A stretch of 64,000 nt of DNA, taken from contig DATENA010000247.1 of the NCBI GenBank assembly GCA_035275285.1, positions 241-64,240 on the forward strand, given 5' to 3'. Source of the DNA: Fibrobacteria bacterium. GTDB taxonomy: Bacteria > Fibrobacterota > Fibrobacteria > UBA11236. The translations under genes and the position numbers were made by a program. Of the stretch, positions 44,996-54,701 are shown piece by piece; position 1 is the first letter of the stretch; the number at the start of each line of letters is the position of its first letter. A model generated the notes under the pieces. The model worked only from the letters and a program-made list of their open reading frames with translations, was not told the origin of the DNA and made no database searches.

Positions 44996-45922
44996 TCAGG
45001 GAAGGATGAGGAAGGAACCGGTTTCCAGCACCGACCCGCCCGGGCCCCGCGCCGCCCACAGGTAGCGCGCCGGCCGCAGGAACAGACCCGAATGGTCCCG
45101 GCCGTCCCAGAGCAGCCGGGCCCGGGGTCCCGGAAGTTCCAGGACCCGGGCCCGGGCGCCCAGGGCGGTGAGGATCTCCAGGCTGCCGGGACCGGGCAGA
45201 CCGCTGAGGGAAAGCGGCCCCTGCGCGAGCGGGGAATAGCGGGACGGGAACGCGGAGCGGGCGGCGCCTGCCGCGGGCGCGCCGGGAAGCCGCGGGAGCG
45301 AAGCGGCGGAGCCGGTGGCGGAGACCAGGATCAGCACCGTATCCCGGTCCTCGAACTTGCCGAAGTATTGCGCGCGCACCACCACCCGTCCCGTATCGGC
45401 CTTGCCGCTGCGCGACCGGAAGGCGGCCGTGCGGGAGGCGGGGTCGTAGGCGACGGAAAAGCGCGCGGAATCCGCCAGGGACAGGACCAAGGGCGCGCTG
45501 CCCAGCAGGGGATCGGAATGCGGCGCCAGGACGGCGCGCGTGGCCCCCGTGGCCTGGTCGGGGCGCAGGGTGTCGGGCAGGGACAGCAGGGGATATCCCA
45601 CCTGGGTCTGCGCGGACGGATCGCTGGCGACGCCGCCGGCGTTGATCCCCTTGATGGCGTAGAAGTAGGGGCGGCCCTTTTCCGCCGACAGATCCCGGAA
45701 GCCCAGGGTGTCGCTTCCGGGAGAAGCCGGCACCACGCCCACCGCCTTGGCGGAACCGCCCGCGGAATCGGAGCGGTACACTTCGTAACGGACGATGGAA
45801 TCCTCCGGGGGGCAGGCCAGGAAGCGCACGGAGATGCCTTTGGCGGAAGCGGCCCCGGACAGGCCGGCGAGCAGGATCGCGGCCAGGGAGGCGGAGGCGG
45901 ATTTCCAGGGGAGAAAATACAT
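44996..45922 (-). CDS. secreted hypothetical protein with Fn3/Ig-like segment
   Basis: ATG at 45922 with an AAGGAAGGG RBS. Signal peptide MYFLPWKSASASLAAILLAGLSGAASA. The other-frame ORF 44823..46091 is rejected. Confidence 0.5.
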   Translation of the reverse strand: MYFLPWKSASASLAAILLAGLSGAASAKGISVRFLACPPEDSIVRYEVYRSDSAGGSAKAVGVVPASPGSDTLGFRDLSAEKGRPYFYAIKGINAGGVASDPSAQTQVGYPLLSLPDTLRPDQATGATRAVLAPHSDPLLGSAPLVLSLADSARFSVAYDPASRTAAFRSRSGKADTGRVVVRAQYFGKFEDRDTVLILVSATGSAASLPRLPGAPAAGAARSAFPSRYSPLAQGPLSLSGLPGPGSLEILTALGARARVLELPGPRARLLWDGRDHSGLFLRPARYLWAARGPGGSVLETGSFLILP

Positions 45923-46382
45923 GGCAATACCCTTCCTTGACCGTCCAAGGCCCGAGGCAGCGAGATTCCCCAAAACGCTTCGGGAACCGGAAAAGTCGGG
46001 CGTTCCGTAGGCCGCGGGAGCGGCCTTTCCGCGGAACGCGCGGCCCGGTTTTCAACGCTCGGTAGAGCATTGAAAACCGGGCCGATGACAATGTTATTCT
46101 AGCGCCGCAACCCGGGGATCGCCAGTAAAATTGCCGTCAGTTTTTCCGACAGGGCCCTGCCAGAAAGTCCCCCAGGGCCTTGAAATCGGGGCCGGTGGGC
46201 CGCTTGTCCCGCCCGTCGTCCGGAAACAGATACGGTTTTTTCTTCTTGCACCCTGCCGGACCGTTATGATTTTTAACCCTATAGGCGCGCGGATCCCGCG
46301 GCAATGCGGGGACTCCCGCGGGCCGGGGCGAAGGGATGCGCCGATTCCGGAAAACCAGGCTTTCAGGAGGCGCGAAATCGCT

Positions 46383-47117
46383 ATGGCAACTTCCCCCTAT
46401 ACGGTTCCGGACGCTCGGCTGAAACGGACGCCGGAGAAACCTTTGCACGTGTTCCTCGATCAGGCGGTGCGCGAGTACCGCGACAAGGTCATGGAACGCA
46501 TTCTCCGCAAACAGGTGCGCAAACCCTGGATGAAATACCGCGAAATCGGCATCATGGAAGATCTGCTCAACACCCTGCGTCCCCTCCGGGCCCTGGAATG
46601 GGGCGCCGGCTACGGCACGTCCCACTTTTCGCGGCTGCTGCCGCCCGGGGGAGAATGGATCGCCGTGGAGCACGATCCGGAATGGGCCGAACGCATCCGC
46701 GCGGAGGTGCCCGCGAACGTGCGCGTCTACGCGGTGCCTCCGGAAAAGAACCACTGGCTTCCCGCGGAAGGGGACGGCTCCTACGGGGACTTCCGCAATT
46801 ACGTGGAGTTCCCGGCGCGGTTCGGGGACTACGATTTCATCCTCGTGGACGGCCGCGCCCGCGAAGCCTGCCTGCGCCAGGCCCGCTATCTGCTCGCCGA
46901 AGGCGGCGTAGTGGTGCTGCACGATGCCAACCGGGATTTCCTGCACAAGCCCTGGGAACTGTATCCGCGCCAGATCTTCTTCCAGGACTACCGCCGCTAT
47001 TCCGGGGGGATATGGATCGGCAGCGTGGACCGCGACATCTCTTCCCTCATGGACCTGGGCCGCCATCGCCGCATCTGGAGCATCTACAATGCGCTGGGCC
47101 GGAGGTTCCGGTTGTGA
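46383..47117 (+). CDS. class I SAM-dependent methyltransferase (polysaccharide O-methyltransferase candidate)
   Basis: ATG at 46383 after an AGGAGG RBS. Motif I is LEWGAGYGTSHF. 244 aa. Confidence 0.65.
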   Translation: MATSPYTVPDARLKRTPEKPLHVFLDQAVREYRDKVMERILRKQVRKPWMKYREIGIMEDLLNTLRPLRALEWGAGYGTSHFSRLLPPGGEWIAVEHDPEWAERIRAEVPANVRVYAVPPEKNHWLPAEGDGSYGDFRNYVEFPARFGDYDFILVDGRAREACLRQARYLLAEGGVVVLHDANRDFLHKPWELYPRQIFFQDYRRYSGGIWIGSVDRDISSLMDLGRHRRIWSIYNALGRRFRL

Positions 47118-48217
47118 ACGTTCCCTCCCCGTCCGAGGACCCCGCGCTGGAAACCCTCGCGCCGGAGCCGCTTTCCGTCCCGGACGGAGGGACGCATCGC
47201 CCGGCCGGCGGCGGCCGCGTCTGGATAGCCTGGGAAAAGCAACGGCGGTCCCTGAACCTGTCCCGGCGCCTGGGGGCGCGGCTCTTCCTGTGCCTGGACG
47301 AAGGACGCGGCTGGAAACGGTATCCTTTGTCCATCGCCAAAACGGTGCGGGAATTGCGGCGCCTCCGCGGCCATACCGTGGTGGTCCAGAATCCCTCCAT
47401 GGTGCTGGCGGCCCTGGCCTGCCTGCTCAAAAAGCCGTTCGGCTATTCCCTGACGGTGGACCGGCACAGCAATTTCGGCTTCCTGGCGGGCGCGCGCGCC
47501 GGGTTCAAGCGCCGCCTTTCCGATCTGCTCAGCGACTACACTCTGCGCCATGCCGACCTCACCCTGGTCACCAACGACGAATTGCGGGACCGGGTGGAAC
47601 GGGCCGGCGGCCGCGGCTTTACGCTGCCGGATCCGTTCCCGGACCCCCGGGGGCCGCGGGACGGGCCCATCCTCCGGCCGCGGCCGGAAGGCGCTCCCAA
47701 GGAGATCCTCTTCGTCTCCTCCTGGGCTTTCGACGAGCCCATCGCCCAGACCGTGGAGGCCTGCCGGCGGTTGCGGGGGGAAATCATCGTGCGCATCACC
47801 GGCAGGATGAAGCCCGGCTTCGCGCGGCTGGTGCGGGAAGCGCCGGACAATTTCGTGCCCACGGGATTCCTGAGCGATCGGGACTATTTCGCCTTGATGG
47901 CGGAATGCGATGCGGTGATGGCGGTGACCCATCGCGCCGCCACCCTGGTATGCGGCGGCTACGAAGGCGCGGCCATGGGCAAACCCCTCATCCTGGGGAA
48001 CTCGGCCGCCCTGCGCGCCTATTTCGACGAAGGCTGCGTGTACACGGACGGGTCCGCCGGGGATCTGGAAACGCAGATGCGCGGGCTCATCGCCGACCTG
48101 CCCGCCCATGCCCGGGGCATCCGCCGGTTCCATGCCCGCAGGCGGGAAGAATGGGACGCGCGGCTCGCGGAATTGGAATCCCTCCTCCCGCGTCCGGGCC
48201 GGGCGCGATCGTCGTAA
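47114..48217 (+). CDS. putative GT-B fold glycosyltransferase
   Basis: GTG start overlapping the upstream stop (GTGA), with a GGAGG RBS. The C-terminal half resembles a group-1 glycosyltransferase (..VTHRAATLVCGGYEGAAMGKPLILG..). Confidence 0.5.
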   Translation: MNVPSPSEDPALETLAPEPLSVPDGGTHRPAGGGRVWIAWEKQRRSLNLSRRLGARLFLCLDEGRGWKRYPLSIAKTVRELRRLRGHTVVVQNPSMVLAALACLLKKPFGYSLTVDRHSNFGFLAGARAGFKRRLSDLLSDYTLRHADLTLVTNDELRDRVERAGGRGFTLPDPFPDPRGPRDGPILRPRPEGAPKEILFVSSWAFDEPIAQTVEACRRLRGEIIVRITGRMKPGFARLVREAPDNFVPTGFLSDRDYFALMAECDAVMAVTHRAATLVCGGYEGAAMGKPLILGNSAALRAYFDEGCVYTDGSAGDLETQMRGLIADLPAHARGIRRFHARRREEWDARLAELESLLPRPGRARSS

Positions 48218-48259
48218 GACCGGCGCGCAACGCCGGATCCCGGCCGGCGCCGGATCCTT

Positions 48260-49159
48260 TCAATCCGGAATGGGATCGTATTCGTGCGCCTGCAGGTTGC
48301 GGGGCGGGCTCTTCGGCTTTTTGACGGGCGGCAGGGCGGTGGCGGGTCCGATGTAGGCATCGGAAACGGCGGGATCGTCGACGTACCGGCGCGAAGGGGA
48401 GACCGGATCCGGACAGGGGTTCTTGCCGGCGGACGAGTTGGAGTACCACCCGCCGAACATCACCCGATTGATGGGGGAAGCGACGGAGGCGGTCAGGTTC
48501 ATGCCCGTCTTCTCCGCCACCATGCGGCCGTCCACCCAGATGCGGACCGCGCCGTCCGAAGCCCCCGGGGTGTTGAGCTTGATCTCGGTCTCGATGCAAT
48601 ACCAGCGCTTGCGCAGCGGGGTCCAGCGCGCTTCCACGCTGCCCCAATCCACCGGCCCGCCGTTGAAGGAGAGCGCCAGGACCTTGGCGTCCGTGAGGCC
48701 GCAATAATTGGAGCCCGGTTCGTCCGCCTTGAGCTGCAGGATGATGTCGAAATCATTGATCTGCTTGGCTTCGTTGAAGGAAGAGAGGCGGTGGATCTTC
48801 ATGCCGGCGGCGAAATCGAATCCCTCATCGTAATAATCGTAGAAGCGCGTAAAGATATGGCGGGAATCCGCTTTGCGCCAGGTGCCGCCGTAGACCTCGT
48901 TCTTGACGAACTCTATCCGGAAGGCCTGCGCGCCGGTATGGGATATCCCTCCGCGGCCCAGGGAAATGGCATCGTCGTGGATGCCCAGCCATCCCTGGCA
49001 TCCGGCGGCGGGCCGGTTGGAAAAGCAGGCGGGGTCGGCGTCCTCCAGATCGGAGAGGAAACGGATCTGCGCGGAAGCGGTGCCGAAGGAGAGGAGCGCG
49101 GCCGCGAGGCAGCCGCGCGCGCAAGGGACGGACGGAATGCGGAACGGGCGGAACGGCAT
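48260..49159 (-). CDS. secreted concanavalin-like/lyase-like protein (putative polysaccharide lyase)
   Basis: Signal peptide ...CLAAALLSFGTASAQ. A beta-sandwich-like composition with the VRIWVDGRMV motif, reminiscent of the heparinase I / PL families. The assignment is tentative. Confidence 0.4.
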   Translation of the reverse strand: MPFRPFRIPSVPCARGCLAAALLSFGTASAQIRFLSDLEDADPACFSNRPAAGCQGWLGIHDDAISLGRGGISHTGAQAFRIEFVKNEVYGGTWRKADSRHIFTRFYDYYDEGFDFAAGMKIHRLSSFNEAKQINDFDIILQLKADEPGSNYCGLTDAKVLALSFNGGPVDWGSVEARWTPLRKRWYCIETEIKLNTPGASDGAVRIWVDGRMVAEKTGMNLTASVASPINRVMFGGWYSNSSAGKNPCPDPVSPSRRYVDDPAVSDAYIGPATALPPVKKPKSPPRNLQAHEYDPIPD

Positions 49160-49363
49160 CCCCTGAAGATACCACCGGACGGCGGCCGGAGCAATCGCGG
49201 CGGCGTTTTAAAAGCGAAAATTGACCGTAGCCTGACTCCTCGGCGCGCGCCTTCCTCCCTGGAGGCCTACTCCCGCCTGGCCCCGAAGGCATATTGACTT
49301 GCCCCGTCGGGAAAGGTTGTTTCTGGAATGGGATCCCGATCCGCGATCTCCAAGGAGTGGAAA

Positions 49364-50404
49364 ATGCCTTCGGAACCCGCCATGGCCCAGGGAAGGAAGC
49401 ACACGAGACCGGATTCACAGCCGCCCCCGCTGGTCAGCTTGGGGCTTCCGGTCTACAACGGGTCCAATTTTCTCCGCCCCGCCCTCGATTCGATCCTGGC
49501 CCAGACCTACCGGCACTGGGAATTGATCCTCTCCGACAATGGATCCACGGACGCCACCGAATCCATCTGCCGGGAATACGCGGCCCGCGAACCGCGCATC
49601 CGCTACTACCGGGAAGCGGTCAACCGCGGCGCCACCTGGAACTTCAACCGGGTCTTCGACCTGGCCACCGGTCCCCTGTTCCGCTGGACCGCCCACGACG
49701 ACGTCTGCGCGCCCGAGCTCCTGGAGCGTTGCGTGGCGGTGATGCAGTCGCGGCCGGAAGTGGTGCTCTGCCATCCGCGCACCCGCATCATCGACGCGCA
49801 CGGCGAAGTGGTGTGCGATTACGGGACGCGCCTGCGCACCGACTCCCCGTCCCCCGGGCGCCGCTTCCACGATCTCATCTGCGTCGATCACGCCTGCTTC
49901 CCCATCTTCGGGGTGGTGCGCACGCGCCTGCTGCGCCGCGCCAATCCCATGGGCGATTACGTGGGGACCGACCGCAACCTGCTGGCCGAGCTCTCCCTGC
50001 ACGGGCCGTTCCACGAAATCCCGGAATTCCTCTTCCTGCGACGGGATCACCCCGGCACCTCCACCCGGCAATATCCGTCGGCGAAGGAACGCTTGGTCTG
50101 GTTCGGCGCCCACGGAACGGGCGGGCAGCATCCCACCTTGCGGCGCGGCCTGGAATACTGGCATTCCATCGCGCGGGCGCCCCTGGGGCCCGGCGACAGG
50201 CTGGCCTGCGTGGGCATCCTGGGCAAGTGGGTCTCCATGCGGATCCGCTCCGTGCTGGGCCGCAACCTGAACCTCCCCGGCCTGGGCGGGGCGTACCAGC
50301 CCGCTGCGCTGTCCCAGGCCGCGGCCTCGCCGGTTTCCCCGGCCGCCTCTTCCATGTATCTGACCCTCAAGCGAGCGCTCGCCCTGACCCTCTCCCAGCT
50401 CTGA
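49364..50404 (+). CDS. glycosyltransferase family 2
   Basis: LGLPVYNGSNFL...ILSDNGSTDATESI (GT2 DxD-type motifs). An alternative start lies at 49382. Confidence 0.8.
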   Translation: MPSEPAMAQGRKHTRPDSQPPPLVSLGLPVYNGSNFLRPALDSILAQTYRHWELILSDNGSTDATESICREYAAREPRIRYYREAVNRGATWNFNRVFDLATGPLFRWTAHDDVCAPELLERCVAVMQSRPEVVLCHPRTRIIDAHGEVVCDYGTRLRTDSPSPGRRFHDLICVDHACFPIFGVVRTRLLRRANPMGDYVGTDRNLLAELSLHGPFHEIPEFLFLRRDHPGTSTRQYPSAKERLVWFGAHGTGGQHPTLRRGLEYWHSIARAPLGPGDRLACVGILGKWVSMRIRSVLGRNLNLPGLGGAYQPAALSQAAASPVSPAASSMYLTLKRALALTLSQL

Positions 50405-50451
50405 GATCCCGGTTCCGCCTTCCTTAACTACTTTTCCCGGCAGGGAAGGCG

Positions 50452-50817
50452 TTGATGCAGCACCGGAAAAGAACATCCCTCGGATCGATCCGGGCCATGC
50501 CGTTCTGGATCGGCCTTTTCTGCCTGGCCGGTCTCGCGGCGTGCCGGAAAAGTCCCGTCTTGGTGGCCGAGCGCAGCGCGCCGGTCGGCAACGAGTTCAT
50601 CCGCCTCTACGCGGACGGCCGGGCCGAATACGGCTTCGTGGTGGTGCGCGAGAACCTCAAGGCCCAGGGGAGCTACCGTTACGCCGACGATACGGTCTGG
50701 TTCCTCTCCGAGTCCTTCAAGCCCCATTTCCCCGCCGGCTACCTGCCCGTCAAGGAGGGCGTGCTGTACATGGACAGCGGCCTGCATTTCAAGATCAAGA
50801 AGAACGGGCTGAAATAA
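50452..50817 (+). CDS. small lipoprotein, hypothetical
   Basis: Lipobox LAGLAAC following a hydrophobic stretch. 121 aa. An alternative start is at MPFWIGL. Confidence 0.45.
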   Translation: MMQHRKRTSLGSIRAMPFWIGLFCLAGLAACRKSPVLVAERSAPVGNEFIRLYADGRAEYGFVVVRENLKAQGSYRYADDTVWFLSESFKPHFPAGYLPVKEGVLYMDSGLHFKIKKNGLK

Positions 50818-50830
50818 CCGGGGAACCGCC

Positions 50831-51052
50831 ATGGGCAAGAAGGATCCCCGCATCGACGCCATCATCGCCAAGTCCGCGGACTTCGCCAAGCCCAAGCCTT
50901 CCGTGGAGCCGCCGCAGTATTTCCTGGCCGCCCTCAGGAAAGACAAAAAGGCGTGGGCCACCTCGGACGCGACCCGGGACAAGCGCCTGGAAACGGCGGT
51001 CGCGTGGATGGCGGAAGGCAAGACCCGGCTCTGGAAATACTCCGGAATATGA
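50831..51052 (+). CDS. small hypothetical protein (YdeI/OmpD-associated-like C-terminal motif)
   Basis: 73 aa. The ending ...AVAWMAEGKTRLWKY resembles the C-terminus of DUF1801 proteins. The match is weak. Confidence 0.3.
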   Translation: MGKKDPRIDAIIAKSADFAKPKPSVEPPQYFLAALRKDKKAWATSDATRDKRLETAVAWMAEGKTRLWKYSGI

Positions 51053-51112
51053 AGCCGCCGGGAAATTGAAGCTGTCGGAAAATGGAAACCGCCGGCGCCC
51101 GGCGGCCCCGGT

Positions 51113-51763
51113 TCAGCGCACGACCTTGTAATTGAAGTTGGCGGTCTTGAGCGTGCCCCAGGTGCGCAGCCATAAGGGCAGGATCATCTCCTGGCCGCGC
51201 GCCGCCGTGATGTCCCCCAGGTCCACGACGTCCTTCCAGCCGAACCCGTTCTTCAGGAGGTCGAGCACCCGGGCCTTGGCCTCCGCGTCGTCGCCGCACA
51301 GGAACATGGTGTGATCGCCGCCCGCCAGCTGGCCCGGATCCACCATCAGGGGGGCGCTGGTGGTGTTGAGGGTCTTGACCACCTTGGTGTCCGGAAGGGC
51401 CTTCTGGATCCGCTCGCCCAGGGAATCCGTATTGCACACGCTCAGGGAAGGCGGCATGCCCTTGGAAAAGTCCAGCGGGTTGGAGATATCGATCAGGATC
51501 TTCCCCTTGAGGTTGGCGGCGCCCGCCTGTTGCAGGGCCTCCATCGATCCGGCTCCCGAGGTGCAATTGAACGCGAGCTCGCCGAAGGCGGCCGCCTCGG
51601 CGAACGTCCCCTGGGACGCGTCCGGGCCCGCGGACCCGGCCCATGCCGCCGCTTTTTCGTTCCCCGCAACGCGCGCGCCCATCTTCACCTTGTGGCCCAG
51701 CTCGATCATCTTGCTTCCGATGGTGGTTCCCACCATGCCGGTCCCGAGTATCGCGATTTTCAT
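51113..51763 (-). CDS. NADP-dependent oxidoreductase, F420-dependent NADP reductase-like Rossmann protein
   Basis: MKIAILGTGMVGTTIGSKM carries GxGxxG. 216 aa. A strong GGAAAGGAG RBS. The long ORF 51113..53383 is a frame-spanning artefact, and only its 3' 651 nt code for this protein. Confidence 0.7.
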   Translation of the reverse strand: MKIAILGTGMVGTTIGSKMIELGHKVKMGARVAGNEKAAAWAGSAGPDASQGTFAEAAAFGELAFNCTSGAGSMEALQQAGAANLKGKILIDISNPLDFSKGMPPSLSVCNTDSLGERIQKALPDTKVVKTLNTTSAPLMVDPGQLAGGDHTMFLCGDDAEAKARVLDLLKNGFGWKDVVDLGDITAARGQEMILPLWLRTWGTLKTANFNYKVVR

Positions 51764-51891
51764 CCCGTCTCCTTTCCGCCGTCCTGGCGCAGCCTCGTTG
51801 AGGTGGTGCCAAGATAACCGGCCCGCGCGCCCGATGCAATACGGAGATGCCGGTGACGGTGCCTGCAAGCGACTTCGGGAGTTTCGGGAGG

Positions 51892-53367
51892 CTATTTCCT
51901 GCGCAATCCGGTCAGGAAGTCCCAATGCACCAGCCGCAGGTACAGTCCGTACCCGGAAAGGAACAGGGCCAGGCGCGCGGCCAGGATGGCCCAGGCGGCC
52001 GGCGTCCGCCCCAGATGCACGGAGGCGAAAGGCGCCACCGCCTTGTCCAGGCAGAACAGGGCCGCGCAGACCAGGGTCATGGACAGCAGTTGGCCCAGGA
52101 AGCGCCTCAGGAAAATCCTTTCGGATCGGAACTGCCAGGCGAACCAGGCCAGGAACACGGCCGCTCCCAGGACGGACCAGAGATGGGCCAGATGGAAGAG
52201 GTTCAGGGAACGGAAGGCGAAGGTGGCTCCGGGGATGACGATGGCCATGGCCAGCTCGAACCAGGTGGAGCGCGACGGCCGCCCTTGCGCGGTATTGTAG
52301 ATGGACACGATGCTGGCGAGCACGTTCCACATCTGCACCAGGCACAGCACCTCGAAAAGCGGGAACATGGGCGCCCATTTCTCCGGCAGGATGCAGGCGA
52401 GGGTGGCTTCGCCGTAATACCAGCCGCACAGGTAGATGGGGAGGACGAGCAGGGCCATCACCTTGAGGGCGGTGGCGAGGCCGCTCAATTGGGCCGCCGG
52501 GTTGTGGCTCCGCTTGGCGAGCAGGGGCAGGAGCACTTCCCGCAGCAATTGCACGATCTTGAGGTTCGGGATGCCGGAAAGGCTGCCGGCGAAGCCCAGG
52601 AGGCCCAGTTGCGACACCGAATAGGCGCGCCCGACGAGAATGGGGATGCTGCGGTCCTTGAGCACGGACAGGAACCAGTTGAGGGTGAGCTGGGCGGAGA
52701 AGCCGATGTCCTCCTTGAGCAGGTTCCAGTCGAAGTGCAGGCGCGGGCGGTAGCCCGAATACCCGAAGGCGAGCGCCAGCCGCACGAAGAACCTCACCGC
52801 CGAACCCCACAACAGCGTCCAGACGCCGAATCCCAGGAAGGCCATGACCATCTGGACCGTGATGGACGCGATGACGCTGTACATGTCCAAGAGGCCGCGC
52901 TCCTTGAAGCGCATGTCCCGGTTGAGGAAATTGTAGGGCACGATGGTGAGCGAACTGAGGACGTAGATGAGGGCGGTGAATTGGGTGAGGACCACCAGCT
53001 CGGGGTTCTTGAAATACCAGGCGCCGAAATAAGAGAGCGCGAACGCGGAAAGGGCCAGCAGCAGGCCCAGCCCCACCGTGGCCGTGAAGAGATTGTCCAC
53101 CTTGTCCCGGTCCACCTCCTGCCGCTGGACCATGGTGGTGCCTATCCCGAGGTTGGTCAGGATGACGGCGAATTCCGTGAAAGCGGTGGAGAGGTTGGAG
53201 AGGCCGTAATCGCTGGGCAGGAGATGCGAGGCCACGTAGAAGGTGCCGATCCACGAGAAGATCTGGGACCCCAGCTTGCACAACGCCAGCCAGCCCGCGC
53301 CCGCGAACACGCCGGCCTGGGCCAGGGGGCGCAGCTCCACCTTTCCGGATTTCCCTTCCATGATCAT
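51892..53367 (-). CDS. polysaccharide biosynthesis protein / Wzx-like flippase (second copy)
   Basis: 491 aa, about 12-14 TM helices. Start MIMEGKSG. The start overlaps the stop of the upstream ligase-like gene by 4 nt. Confidence 0.75.
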   Translation of the reverse strand: MIMEGKSGKVELRPLAQAGVFAGAGWLALCKLGSQIFSWIGTFYVASHLLPSDYGLSNLSTAFTEFAVILTNLGIGTTMVQRQEVDRDKVDNLFTATVGLGLLLALSAFALSYFGAWYFKNPELVVLTQFTALIYVLSSLTIVPYNFLNRDMRFKERGLLDMYSVIASITVQMVMAFLGFGVWTLLWGSAVRFFVRLALAFGYSGYRPRLHFDWNLLKEDIGFSAQLTLNWFLSVLKDRSIPILVGRAYSVSQLGLLGFAGSLSGIPNLKIVQLLREVLLPLLAKRSHNPAAQLSGLATALKVMALLVLPIYLCGWYYGEATLACILPEKWAPMFPLFEVLCLVQMWNVLASIVSIYNTAQGRPSRSTWFELAMAIVIPGATFAFRSLNLFHLAHLWSVLGAAVFLAWFAWQFRSERIFLRRFLGQLLSMTLVCAALFCLDKAVAPFASVHLGRTPAAWAILAARLALFLSGYGLYLRLVHWDFLTGLRRK

Positions 53368-54701
53368 GGCTGCGCCCATCCATAGGCGGGCAGCGCCCGT
53401 TCCGCCGCGCTCCCGGAGGCGGCGGGCGCGGCGGATTGCGACCGCACCGCGGCCACCAGCAATTCCATGCGCCAGACGCGTCCGGAGGCCTGCGCCAGGG
53501 CCGCGAACAGGGCCAGGCCCGGATAGAACAGCACGGACAGGAATCCGCCGCTGACCAGGTATCCCGCGATGCCGATGGCCAGGCAGGCGGAGAAGTGGCG
53601 GAGGGAGCGGATGGCCCCGGCCATGCGGGCCAGCGCGGCCGGATCCCCGGACGGGTCCAGGACCAGGGCGGCGCCGCGCTCCAGGCGGGCCCCGCGGAGC
53701 TCCCGCAATTCGCGGAAGGTGGCCGTCAGGAACCCCATCCAGCAGAATACGCCCACCAGTCCCAGTTCGCTCAGGAGCTGGAAGTAGATGGAATGGGGCG
53801 TCATGTGCGCGCGCCGGTCCGGGCTCGGGAGCAGGCCGGAATACAAGGCGTTGCCCCAGCACATGGCGCCCACGCCGAAGACGGGCCGCTTCTCGAACAT
53901 CTGCACGGAGAGGTCCCAATAGTACCGCCGCGCCTCGGCGGTGTTCTCGTGGGTATCGCCGATGGATTCGAATTCGGTCTTGAAATTCGAGGGCGCGAAC
54001 ACCAGGGCCGCCCCCAGGACCAGGCCTCCCACCGCCAGGCTCAGCGCCTTGTTGCGGCTCTTGAGCCAGCAGAATGCCAGGGCCGGGATGGTGCCCACCA
54101 TGCCGCCGCGGGACAGGGTCAGGCCGATGGCGCACAGGGTAAAGAAAAAGACGCCCAGGGGCAGGGCGATCCTGCGCAATCCGCCGCCCTCGCCGGCGAA
54201 CACCTTGAGGCAGGAGAAGGGCAGCAGCATCACCAGCACCAGGGCCGCATCGTTCTCGTCGATGTAGAGCCCGGGCCCATGGCCGTGATGGGTCACGACC
54301 CAGGCGGAAATCAGGAACGCCACCCCGATGAACATGTTCTGCAAGGCGCGCAGGTCCTCCACGCGGCGGATGAACAGGCAGGCCCCCAGGAAGGCGGTGA
54401 GGAAGCGCGGCGCTTCCGTTTTCAGGACCATGAGCGCGCGGCCCTGGGTCACCGCCAGGAGCAGGCCGGTGGCGACGGCGCCCAGGAAGAGCACGCGCCA
54501 GACCACCACGGGCCGGAGCCAGGTCCCGCCGGGAGCGTTCAGGCCGCGGGGCGCTTCCAAGGCCACCAAAGCCAGGAGGACGGCGGTGGTGATGGCGCCC
54601 GGCATCAGGTGGGAGAACCCCGGGATCATGCGGTGGACCTGCCCGAAATCGACCAGCAGGTACGCCATCAAGGCCCAGAACCCCATGCGGTAGGTGCTCA
54701 T
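53364..54701 (-). CDS. O-antigen ligase family protein (putative O-glycosylation ligase, exosortase A-associated)
   Basis: 445 aa, multi-TM, with the conserved RRAHMTPHSIYFQLLSELG motif of the O-antigen-ligase family. Start MSTYRMGFWAL. Confidence 0.75.
   Translation of the reverse strand: MSTYRMGFWALMAYLLVDFGQVHRMIPGFSHLMPGAITTAVLLALVALEAPRGLNAPGGTWLRPVVVWRVLFLGAVATGLLLAVTQGRALMVLKTEAPRFLTAFLGACLFIRRVEDLRALQNMFIGVAFLISAWVVTHHGHGPGLYIDENDAALVLVMLLPFSCLKVFAGEGGGLRRIALPLGVFFFTLCAIGLTLSRGGMVGTIPALAFCWLKSRNKALSLAVGGLVLGAALVFAPSNFKTEFESIGDTHENTAEARRYYWDLSVQMFEKRPVFGVGAMCWGNALYSGLLPSPDRRAHMTPHSIYFQLLSELGLVGVFCWMGFLTATFRELRELRGARLERGAALVLDPSGDPAALARMAGAIRSLRHFSACLAIGIAGYLVSGGFLSVLFYPGLALFAALAQASGRVWRMELLVAAVRSQSAAPAASGSAAERALPAYGWAQP

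Noticed and set aside
43772-45940. 722-aa plus-strand ORF across the DegT-like and secreted-protein genes
   Set aside because: Gly/Arg-rich nonsense translation. It overlaps two minus-strand genes that have sensible starts and RBSs.
51892-54135. 747-aa and 756-aa minus-strand ORFs (51113..53383 and 51892..54135) reported as single proteins
   Set aside because: They are frame-concatenations. Only the 3' portions encode the oxidoreductase (51113..51763) and the flippase (51892..53367). The upstream parts are out-of-frame read-through of neighbouring genes.
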